From: a bacterium
GTDB taxonomy: Bacteria > Patescibacteriota > Microgenomatia > Levybacterales > UBA12049
Assembly: GCA_021784535.1 (NCBI GenBank)
Contig: JAJYHW010000049.1
Span: forward strand, 1-32,095
DNA length: 32,095 bases
Direction of reading: 5' to 3'
The notes under the pieces were generated by a model. It was not told the DNA's origin. It did no database searches and saw only the letters and a program-made list of their open reading frames with translations. Numbering within the stretch: the stretch's first letter is position 1; each line of letters begins with the position of its first letter. The position numbers and the translations under genes were made by a program. Shown piece by piece: positions 15,743 to 23,209 of the stretch.

Positions 15743-17605
15743 ATGTGCGGCATATTTGGCTATATCGGTAAAAAAACAAACGCGACAGAGATCGTTTTTG
15801 GCGGGCTCAAAACGCTTGAATATCGCGGATATGATTCCTGGGGAATAGCAATCAAAGATCAAAGATCTAAGATCAAAGATCAAAGGCTAATCGTTGAAAA
15901 AGAAACTGGCAAACTACCAAATGCTCTTCCTAAATCTTCAATACTAAATCTTCAATCCTCCCTCGCCATTGGTCATACCCGATGGGCAACGCATGGCGGC
16001 GTGACTGTAGCCAACGCACATCCGCATCTGGATTGCTTCAAGCAAATTGCTGTTGTTCATAACGGTATCATTGAAAATTTCCAGGAGCTCAAAAAAAAAC
16101 TTGCAAAACAGGGACATATATTCCACTCCCAAACCGACACGGAAATTGTCCCTCATTTGATTGAAGAAATCATGAATCCTTCTTCCCTGAGCGAACGAAG
16201 CGAGTCGAAGGGGGAAAATCAAACTAGCCTTCGACAGGCTCAGGCAAAAAAAGAATTTACAACTGCAGTCCGTGAAGCTTTTAATCAACTACAAGGGATG
16301 AATGCAATTGTTGCCGCATACGCTCCCTCAAATGAAATCATTGCTGCCAAAAATGGATCACCGCTTGCAGTGGGAATCGGTAAAGATGAATTATTTATCG
16401 CTTCGGACGCTTCGGGCATCTCAGAATACACAAAAGACGTGATCTTTCTCGCAGATCACCAGATGATTATTCTTGGAGAAAAGCTAAAACTTCTTAAGCT
16501 TCCAAACGGAAAAGCAATCAAACCGGAAATAACCAAACTCACCTGGCATTTTGAAAATACAGAAAAAGGCAACTATCCGCACTTCATTTTGAAAGAAATT
16601 CATGAGCAACCCAACGTTATTAAACATATTGCCCTCGCCTATTCCGACGAAGCAAAAAAACTTGCAAAGTTGATCAAAAAAGCATTCGGCACCTTTATGC
16701 TCGGTTGCGGCACCGCATCATATGCAGGACTTGCAGGTACCTACCTTTTCTCATCAATCGCAAGAAAACATATCAACTTCACCATCGGCTCTGAATTCAA
16801 ATATCTTGAAGATTACGTACAAAAAGGCACACTCGTGATCCCTATTTCGCAATCAGGTGAAACAATTGATGTTGTCGAGCCGGTTGAAAAAGCCAGAAAA
16901 AAAGGCGCGACTATTGCCGCGCTTGTCAATGTCCCTGGCTCTACTCTCTATCGGCAGGCAGATCACAAATTCCTGCTCGGTGCAGGCCAGGAAAAAGCAG
17001 TTGTGGCAACCAAAAGTTTCATGAGCATGTTCTCAATTCTCTTTCTCACAGCATATACTATTATCGATAAGCCGCAGGATGCCAAAAAACAGCTTCTCAT
17101 CGCAGCTGAAAATATCAACATGATTTTAAAAGATAAAAATAAAGCTAAGATCAAAAAACTTGCAGAAGAAATCAAAAAAAGTGAACACATCTATCTCCTC
17201 GGACGAGGACTAGCCTACGCGACTGCTCTGGAGGCGGCACTAAAAATCAAAGAGACAAGCTATGTGCACGCGGAAGGTTTTGCCGGCGGAGAACTCAAGC
17301 ATGGCGTCATTGCGTTAATTGAAAAAGCAACTCCGTGTATTATTTTTGCGCCGGATGATGATACCTATGAAGAAATTATTTCAAACGCGCAGGAAGTAAA
17401 AGCGCGCGGCGGCTTCATCATCGGCATCGGTCCCAAAAATAACGAAGTTTTTGACCGGTTTATTCAAACAGCAAGCTGCAGAGAAGCAACATTGCTTGGA
17501 CAAATCGCCGTTGCACAGCTCCTCGCCTATTATCTCGCACTCGCCCGAGGTATCAAAGATCCGGACAAACCCCGCAATTTGGCAAAATCCGTAACGGTAA
17601 AATAA
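15743..17605 (+). CDS. glmS: Glutamine--fructose-6-phosphate aminotransferase (isomerising)
   Basis: The N-terminus is MCGIFGYIG (catalytic Cys2). It also has HTRWATHG, two SIS domains, and the C-terminal PRNLAKSVTVK. Repeat-derived extra segments are listed separately. Confidence 0.95.
   Translation: MCGIFGYIGKKTNATEIVFGGLKTLEYRGYDSWGIAIKDQRSKIKDQRLIVEKETGKLPNALPKSSILNLQSSLAIGHTRWATHGGVTVANAHPHLDCFKQIAVVHNGIIENFQELKKKLAKQGHIFHSQTDTEIVPHLIEEIMNPSSLSERSESKGENQTSLRQAQAKKEFTTAVREAFNQLQGMNAIVAAYAPSNEIIAAKNGSPLAVGIGKDELFIASDASGISEYTKDVIFLADHQMIILGEKLKLLKLPNGKAIKPEITKLTWHFENTEKGNYPHFILKEIHEQPNVIKHIALAYSDEAKKLAKLIKKAFGTFMLGCGTASYAGLAGTYLFSSIARKHINFTIGSEFKYLEDYVQKGTLVIPISQSGETIDVVEPVEKARKKGATIAALVNVPGSTLYRQADHKFLLGAGQEKAVVATKSFMSMFSILFLTAYTIIDKPQDAKKQLLIAAENINMILKDKNKAKIKKLAEEIKKSEHIYLLGRGLAYATALEAALKIKETSYVHAEGFAGGELKHGVIALIEKATPCIIFAPDDDTYEEIISNAQEVKARGGFIIGIGPKNNEVFDRFIQTASCREATLLGQIAVAQLLAYYLALARGIKDPDKPRNLAKSVTVK
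15851..15885 (+). repeat. Five tandem heptamers (ATCAAAG x4 plus ATCTAAG) inside the glmS coding sequence
   Basis: The DNA reads atcaaag atcaaag atctaag atcaaag atcaaag and encodes IKDQRSKIKDQR. This loop is about 5 aa longer than in E. coli GlmS. Confidence 0.8.
16186..16244 (+). repeat. Palindromic (REP/RPE-like) element embedded in frame in glmS
   Basis: cctgagc (16186-16192) pairs with gctcagg (16238-16244), and gtcgaagg (16204-16211) pairs with ccttcgac (16228-16235). It encodes ...SLSERSESKGENQTSLRQAQ..., part of a segment about 26 aa longer than the equivalent E. coli region. Confidence 0.75.
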
Positions 17606-17623
17606 TTATTGCCCTGTTGATTA

Positions 17624-17652
17624 TTGATAGTTATAGAGAGATATGATAAAAT
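17624..17652 (+). promoter_or_regulatory. Candidate promoter TTGATA-17-TAAAAT for secE-nusG-rplKA
   Basis: ttgata lies at 17624-17629 and taaaat at 17647-17652. Confidence 0.4.
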
Positions 17653-17691
17653 ACGAAGACTTGACACCATTTGGATGGTGTATTTGTAGTC

Positions 17692-17874
17692 ATGATCACA
17701 CCGGTAACGTTTGTTCGCCAGTCATATGATGAATTAAGACAGGTTGTTTGGCCGTCACGAAAAGAAATATTTCGATTAACAGGCATTGTGATCATTTTAA
17801 GTATTCTGACAGGGCTTTATATCGGAGGGCTTGACTGGATCTTTACACAGGCCATACAACTGTTATTGAAGTAA
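17692..17874 (+). CDS. secE: Preprotein translocase subunit SecE
   Basis: It is a 60-aa protein with a single C-terminal TM segment. The string ELRQVVWPSRKEI is typical of SecE, and the gene sits immediately upstream of nusG. The ATG at 17692 is preferred to the TTG at 17671. Confidence 0.8.
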   Translation: MITPVTFVRQSYDELRQVVWPSRKEIFRLTGIVIILSILTGLYIGGLDWIFTQAIQLLLK

Positions 17875-17878
17875 TGTG

Positions 17879-17933
17879 AAATGACCAATGACACATATCT
17901 AATTGGTCATTTATCATTGAGCATTTATCATTT
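17879..17933 (+). repeat. Heptad-periodic hairpin in the secE-nusG spacer
   Basis: aaatgaccaat (17879-17889) pairs with attggtcattt (17902-17912) over 11 bp. The arms read aatgacc/aatgaca and ttggtca/tttatca/ttgagca/tttatca. Confidence 0.6.
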
Positions 17934-17938
17934 AATTT

Positions 17939-18523
17939 ATGGATACACCAGTACAACAAAAACCAAGAGAAACAGACGAAAAGACACAAGCTCTTTCTGA
18001 CAAAGGCAAGTGGTATATCCTTCATACGTACGCGGGCCATGAAAACAAAGTTGAACGGTCACTCAAACAGCGTGTCGAATCAATGAAATTTACCGACCGC
18101 GTATTTGATATCATCGTTCCGACACGAAACACCATCAAAGTCTCGCAGGGCAAAAAAGAAACTGTAAAAGAAAAAATCTTCCCCGGATACGTTCTTGTGA
18201 AGATGATTCTTGATGATGAAACATGGATTATGGTACGAAGCACGCCAGGTGTCACCTCTTTTATCGGCGCTGGCAATAAGCCAACACCGATTTCTGAAAA
18301 AGAAGTTGAAGCGATTCAGAAATTCATGAAACTGGAAGAGCCGATGTATAAAGTGCAATTCTCAGTCGGCGAAGCTGTCAAGATCACTGACGGACCATTC
18401 ACAGAATTTTTGGGAACTATTGAATCTATTGATGAAGCGCGAGGAAAATTAAAAATACTAGTCAGTATTTTTGGTCGCGAGACACCGGTAGAGCTTGATT
18501 TTCTTCAAGTGAAGAAAATCTAG
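17939..18523 (+). CDS. nusG: Transcription termination/antitermination factor NusG
   Basis: KWYILHTYAGHENKV marks the NGN domain, and a C-terminal KOW region (GEAVKITDGPF) follows. Synteny with secE and rplK supports the call. Confidence 0.95.
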   Translation: MDTPVQQKPRETDEKTQALSDKGKWYILHTYAGHENKVERSLKQRVESMKFTDRVFDIIVPTRNTIKVSQGKKETVKEKIFPGYVLVKMILDDETWIMVRSTPGVTSFIGAGNKPTPISEKEVEAIQKFMKLEEPMYKVQFSVGEAVKITDGPFTEFLGTIESIDEARGKLKILVSIFGRETPVELDFLQVKKI

Positions 18524-18527
18524 AACA

Positions 18528-18586
18528 GGGCATAGTGGATAGTGAATAGGCAAACTTTTCTCTATCCCCTATAACCTATAACCTAA
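18528..18586 (+). repeat. 59-nt structured element, copy 1, ending 3 nt before the rplK ATG
   Basis: gggcatagtggatagtgaataggcaaacttttctctatcccctataacctataacctaa is identical to 19013-19071. Confidence 0.9.
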
Positions 18587-18589
18587 TCT

Positions 18590-19012
18590 ATGGCTAAAAA
18601 AATAAAAACACTTATCAAGATAGCACTTCCTGCAGGAGCAGCAACACCGGCACCGCCCGTCGGTACAGCTCTTGGACCTCATGGACTCAACATCATGGAG
18701 TTTGTCAAAGCGTATAATGATAAGACAGCTGAGCTTAAAGGCAATATCATTCCTGTTGTGATCACTGTTTACGAAGATCGCACTTTTAGTTTCATCACAA
18801 AGAAACCACCAGTTGCTGAAATGATTAAAAAGGCAATTGGCAAAGATAAAGGCAGTCAGAAACCTGGACGTGATAAAATTGCTGTACTGACGATGGATCA
18901 AGCGCGAAAAATTGCAGAAGACAAATTGGAAGATTTAAATACTGACGATATTGAGATGGGTGCCCGCGTTGTCGCTGGGACAGCCCGCAGTATGGGAATT
19001 GCTGTTGAATAA
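18590..19012 (+). CDS. rplK: 50S ribosomal protein L11
   Basis: The 140-aa ORF carries [24 protein letters not shown], typical of L11. Confidence 0.95.
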   Translation: MAKKIKTLIKIALPAGAATPAPPVGTALGPHGLNIMEFVKAYNDKTAELKGNIIPVVITVYEDRTFSFITKKPPVAEMIKKAIGKDKGSQKPGRDKIAVLTMDQARKIAEDKLEDLNTDDIEMGARVVAGTARSMGIAVE

Positions 19013-19071
19013 GGGCATAGTGGATAGTGAATAGGCAAACTTTTCTCTATCCCCTATAACCTATAACCTAA
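19013..19071 (+). repeat. 59-nt structured element, copy 2, starting right after the rplK stop and ending 4 nt before the rplA ATG
   Basis: It is 100% identical to 18528-18586. Confidence 0.9.
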
Positions 19072-19075
19072 ACTT

Positions 19076-19930
19076 ATGGGAAAAATCAGAATTAAAACAA
19101 TCGGAGATGAAGAACAGGAGAAAGTAGACGCAAAAAAGGCGCAAGCTCGAGCTATTGCTAAAAAAGCCCGTGAAGAAGCTGAGGCACGAAACGCAGCTGC
19201 TGAGGGAAATAAACCACAAGCGCAAGAAGCTAAAACTGAAAAACAAACTGAGCAAGCTACTCCTGAGCCTAAAAAAGAGAAGGTTGTAGTAAAAAAAGCT
19301 ATTTCAAACAAAAAGAAACAGTCTGACAGTTACCAGAAAGTCACCGCTTTTGTTGATAAAAACAAAAAATATAAACTGAGTGAGGCTCTTTTGCTTCTCG
19401 GAAAACTCAAAAGAGCAGCATTTGATGAAACTGTCGAACTTCATATCAATACTACTGAAAAAGGGATTTCAGGAAGCCTTACTCTTCCCCATGGAACCGG
19501 AAAAACAACACGGGTTACTGTCGCAAATGCAAGTGAAGATCCAAAACAGGTGGATGATCTGATTAAAGCAATCGAATCGGGCAAAATTGACTTTGATGTC
19601 CTGATAGCAACTCCTGAAACAATGCCAAAATTGGCAAAGGTTGCCCGTGTCCTAGGACCCCGTGGCTTGATGCCAAATCCGAAAAACGGCACCGTCACAC
19701 CAAAACCTGATGAAATCGCGAAAAAATTTGCCGGCGGCCAATTTAATTACAAAACTGAAGCTAAATTCCCGCTTCTGCATCTTGCAGTTGGCAAACTCTC
19801 TTTTGGCGATAAAAAACTTGAAGAAAATATCATCACAGCAATACATGCTGTCAAAACAAAAAATATTAAATCCATAACCTTAAAACTAACCATGAGTCCG
19901 GGAATTAAAATCGAAACAGCAAGTCTTTAA
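19076..19930 (+). CDS. rplA: 50S ribosomal protein L1 with an N-terminal Lys/Ala/Glu-rich extension of about 80 aa
   Basis: The L1 core begins near YQKVTAFVDKNKKYKLSEAL and includes LPHGTGK and GPRGLMPNPK. No alternative start codon lies closer to the core. Confidence 0.9.
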   Translation: MGKIRIKTIGDEEQEKVDAKKAQARAIAKKAREEAEARNAAAEGNKPQAQEAKTEKQTEQATPEPKKEKVVVKKAISNKKKQSDSYQKVTAFVDKNKKYKLSEALLLLGKLKRAAFDETVELHINTTEKGISGSLTLPHGTGKTTRVTVANASEDPKQVDDLIKAIESGKIDFDVLIATPETMPKLAKVARVLGPRGLMPNPKNGTVTPKPDEIAKKFAGGQFNYKTEAKFPLLHLAVGKLSFGDKKLEENIITAIHAVKTKNIKSITLKLTMSPGIKIETASL

Positions 19931-20215
19931 TATGCTTTCGTTACGACAAAAGCAACTCTACGAAACATATAAACACTCACATAACAGCAACTTTTAATCG
20001 ACTTACCTGTCGAAAAGAAATAATCAAAAGTATGCCAGCATGCCCGGCTTATCTCCTTTTTGATCACTTTTGTGATAACATCAAACCTGTATTGTTCTTG
20101 TTGGATAAGTTGAACATCTGCCATACAAGCATTAAAAGATTGCTTCACTTTAGTATTTTTCCGTTTTAAAAAACTGCCCGTTTCTATTCTTGTCTAATAA
20201 AATTTTAAATAGATA

Positions 20216-20244
20216 TTGACAAATGCAATTTTATCGCATATACT
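20216..20244 (+). promoter_or_regulatory. Promoter TTGACA-17-TATACT for the Fur-family/metal-ABC operon
   Basis: ttgaca lies at 20216-20221 and tatact at 20239-20244. Confidence 0.65.
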
Positions 20245-20251
20245 AATGCGA
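20234..20251. promoter_or_regulatory. Inverted repeat TCGCAT-N6-ATGCGA overlapping the -10, a candidate Fur/Zur-type operator
   Basis: tcgcat atacta atgcga has 6-bp perfect arms. It resembles the TCGnA...TnCGA-type Zur boxes of Firmicutes (recalled, not checked). Confidence 0.5.
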
Positions 20252-20264
20252 GTTAGTTGCAAAT

Positions 20265-20692
20265 ATGGTAAACGCAAAAATAAAACATGATTGCAAAACA
20301 GAACTAAATTATGTTGCTCTTCGCGCAACACCGGCGAGAATTGCCATCATGAAGCTACTGACAAACCGCTGGATGTACAAACAATGATAGATTATCTAAA
20401 TCAACAAGAAATTAAAACTGATCCAGCAACAGTCTTTCGTATTGTTAATATGTTCAAAGAAAAAGAACTTTTACAATCTATTCAATTAAATGAGAGAAAA
20501 ATCCGCTATGAATTATCTTCAAAACCATATCATCATTTTGTCTGTGAACAATGTGGTGCTATTCAAGACATTTCAGACTTCAGTATTAAAGCAGTTGAAG
20601 ATGAAATTCAGGAAAAAAGACATATTAAGATAAAAAGTCATTCTCTAGAATTTTTCGGACTCTGTAAGGATTGCCAAAATAAAACAAATTAA
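20265..20692 (+). pseudogene. Fur-family metalloregulator (Zur-like) with a -1 frame discontinuity near 20358-20366
   Basis: Frame A from ATG 20265 gives MVNAKIKHDCKTELNYVALRATPARIAIMKLLTN..., a typical Fur N-terminal helix, and stops at 20385-20387. Frame B continues KPLDVQTMIDYL...TDPATVFRIVNMF...HHFVCEQCG...CKDCQ. The total of 428 nt is one nt short of a 142-aa Fur-sized ORF. Confidence 0.75.
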
Positions 20693-20694
20693 TT

Positions 20695-21609
20695 ATGAAA
20701 AAATCAGTATTTTTTATTATTATTGTTCTTCTTATCATCGGCTTCTTAGGATTCTTACTAGCAAACAGAAAACAGACAAGTCGATTGTCTTCATCAACCA
20801 TTCAAATCGTTGCGGCAGAAAATTTCTATGGAGATATCGCAAAACAACTTGGTGGAAATAAAGTACAAGTTCTGAGTATCCTTTCCAATCCGAACGCAGA
20901 TCCACATGAATATGAGTCAAGTGTCCAGGATGCAGCAGCGGTTTCAAAAGCCAATATCGTTATTAAGAACGGAGATGGATATGACACATGGATGGACAAA
21001 TTACTTTCAGCTTCCCCAAATGCAAATAGAGTTGTACTAACTGGTGCAGATATTGCAAACCATAAGCTACCTGATAATCCTCATATATGGTATGGTATTG
21101 ATAATATACAAACCATTGCTGCAAGCATAACTAATGCTCTGAAAAAAGCTGATCCAGCAAATAGTGCAACATTCGATAGCAATCTCCAAACCTTTGATAA
21201 CTCTCTACAACCATTGCGTCAAAAAATGAATGACATTAAAACAAAATATAATGGTACACCTGTTGGATTAACGGAAACAATCTATCTTTATCAGACAGGG
21301 CCAATGGGACTCAACGTTTTAACGCCAATCGCATTTGAACGTGCTATTGCAGAAGGGAATGATCCATCGGCAAATGACGTTGCAACGGCAAACGATCAGA
21401 TAACGAAAAAACAAATAAAAGTATTGATCTACAATGCTCAGACAGTAACTCCGATAACAACCAACTTACAAAATAAAGCAAAAAGTAATAACATTCCGCT
21501 AGTAACAGTAACCGAAACCATGCCGACAAATAAACATTACCAAAGCTGGATGATGGATCAACTGAATAATCTCCAGCAGGCGTTGTCAACCAGTTCCGTC
21601 TCTCATTGA
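20695..21609 (+). CDS. Metal ABC transporter substrate-binding protein (ZnuA/TroA/MntC cluster A-I family)
   Basis: It has an N-terminal TM or signal anchor and the strings ENFYGDIAKQLGG, NADPHEYE and NPHIWY. No His-rich loop is present, so metal specificity is open. Confidence 0.85.
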   Translation: MKKSVFFIIIVLLIIGFLGFLLANRKQTSRLSSSTIQIVAAENFYGDIAKQLGGNKVQVLSILSNPNADPHEYESSVQDAAAVSKANIVIKNGDGYDTWMDKLLSASPNANRVVLTGADIANHKLPDNPHIWYGIDNIQTIAASITNALKKADPANSATFDSNLQTFDNSLQPLRQKMNDIKTKYNGTPVGLTETIYLYQTGPMGLNVLTPIAFERAIAEGNDPSANDVATANDQITKKQIKVLIYNAQTVTPITTNLQNKAKSNNIPLVTVTETMPTNKHYQSWMMDQLNNLQQALSTSSVSH

Positions 21610-21628
21610 GATATAAAACAATAATCAT

Positions 21629-22396
21629 ATGCAAACATCTACTATCGAACTTAATAAAGTAGCTCTTACACTAAATGAAAGAACGATCCTCCATGATATC
21701 TCTCTTATCATAAACGAAGGTGAATTTGTGGCCATTCTTGGACCAAACGGTGCGGGGAAAAGTACGCTTCTCAAACTTCTTTTAGGCCTCTATAAACCAA
21801 CTGCCGGTAATATAGCTATTCTTGGTAAATCACCCAAACGTGGAAATAGAGATATTGGTTATGCTCCTCAGCACCGGACACTTGAGACGGATTTAGCACT
21901 TCGCGCAAGAGATGTTGTAGGATTTGGGCTTGATGGTAACCAATGGGGCATCACACTGCCCAATAAAAATCGCGACAAGTATATTGAACAAGCACTGGAT
22001 GAAGTTGATATGCTTCATCTTGCAAATATGCCCGTCGGGCAACTGTCAGGCGGCGAACAACAACAATTGCTTATTGCACAAGCGTTATTAACTTATCCCA
22101 AAATTCTTATTCTTGATGAGCCGCTTTCTAATCTTGATATTATTCATTCAGAAGGAATCGTTTCGCTTATCAATAAGATAGCCAGAAGCCGTAAAATGAC
22201 TGTCTTATTGGTAACCCACGATGTAAATCTGCTCCTTCCTGTTATTGATAAAGTACTTTATATGGCAAATACCCATTGCGCAATTGGTAAACCGGAAAAA
22301 GTTATCACCAATGACAATCTTACCCAGTTGTACGGGTCTCCTGTTGAAGTGATAAAAGCCCGTGGACGGTTATTTGTCATCGGTGAAGAAACATAA
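21629..22396 (+). CDS. Metal ABC transporter ATP-binding protein (ZnuC-like)
   Basis: It has Walker A GPNGAGKST, the signature LSGGEQQ and Walker B ILILDEP. Confidence 0.9.
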   Translation: MQTSTIELNKVALTLNERTILHDISLIINEGEFVAILGPNGAGKSTLLKLLLGLYKPTAGNIAILGKSPKRGNRDIGYAPQHRTLETDLALRARDVVGFGLDGNQWGITLPNKNRDKYIEQALDEVDMLHLANMPVGQLSGGEQQQLLIAQALLTYPKILILDEPLSNLDIIHSEGIVSLINKIARSRKMTVLLVTHDVNLLLPVIDKVLYMANTHCAIGKPEKVITNDNLTQLYGSPVEVIKARGRLFVIGEET

Positions 22397-22400
22397 CTTT

Positions 22401-23207
22401 ATGCTTGAAATATTGCAGTATCCATTTATTCAAAACGCATTTATTGCATCCCTTTTTATTTCAGCAGTTTCTGCTATTGTCGGCTATTTTATCCTTGCAA
22501 GAAAACTTACTTTTGCAGGACATGCATTTTCTCATGTAGGATTTGCCGGAGCAGCAGGTGCTGTTTGGCTTGGGATCAATCCTTTATGGGGTCTTCTTTC
22601 ATTCACAATAGCTGCTGCTGTAGCAGTTGGTTCATTAGGGAAACAATTCCGGGAACGGGATGTGCCAATTGGTATTATCCTGACTCTTGCGATGTCATTC
22701 GGCGTACTCTTTTTATTCCTTTATGCAGGATATGCTGAAGAAGCTTACAGTATTCTATTTGGGACAATTCTTGGAATCAACACAACCAATGTCCTTATCA
22801 CAGCTCTTTTTAGTCTTTTAACAATTGGTGCGATTGCTTTCATTTTTCGTCCGCTGTTATTTAGTTCTATTGATCCGGAAGTAGCTGAAGCACGTGGTGT
22901 TCCAACAAATTCTTTATCAATCATTTTTCTTATCCTTGTTGCGATAACGATTTCAATTTCAGTACAAATTGTCGGCGTTCTTCTTATTTTTACCCTTCTT
23001 GTCGGACCCGCAGCAACAGCAATGAGGCTTAGCAAAAATCCGTATAATGCAATCGGGCTTGCTGTTCTTCTTGGGCTTTTGTATAGCTGGGTAGGAATTT
23101 TTCTAGCTGCAATTACTAATTTACCCGTCTCTTTTTATATTGCGACACTTTCATTTGGTGTATATTTACCGGTTCGGTTATATATTAATTCACCAACCAA
23201 AAAATAA
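22401..23207 (+). CDS. Metal ABC transporter permease (ABC-3/ZnuB family), copy 1
   Basis: It is a multi-TM protein with FSSIDPEVAEARGVP, typical of the ABC-3 family. I place the start at ATG 22401 (MLEILQYPFIQNAF). Confidence 0.85.
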   Translation: MLEILQYPFIQNAFIASLFISAVSAIVGYFILARKLTFAGHAFSHVGFAGAAGAVWLGINPLWGLLSFTIAAAVAVGSLGKQFRERDVPIGIILTLAMSFGVLFLFLYAGYAEEAYSILFGTILGINTTNVLITALFSLLTIGAIAFIFRPLLFSSIDPEVAEARGVPTNSLSIIFLILVAITISISVQIVGVLLIFTLLVGPAATAMRLSKNPYNAIGLAVLLGLLYSWVGIFLAAITNLPVSFYIATLSFGVYLPVRLYINSPTKK

Positions 23208-23209
23208 CT

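Noticed and set aside
18528-19071. I considered whether the two identical 59-nt repeats are a CRISPR array.
   Set aside because: There are only two copies, and the sequence between them is the complete, conserved rplK gene. There are no cas genes and no further repeats at regular spacing.
19054-19311. Two overlapping minus-strand ORFs (85 and 64 aa) lie opposite the 5' part of rplA.
   Set aside because: They mirror the Lys/Ala/Glu-rich codons of the L1 extension (read antisense as Phe/Ser/Cys/Leu) and have no independent signals.
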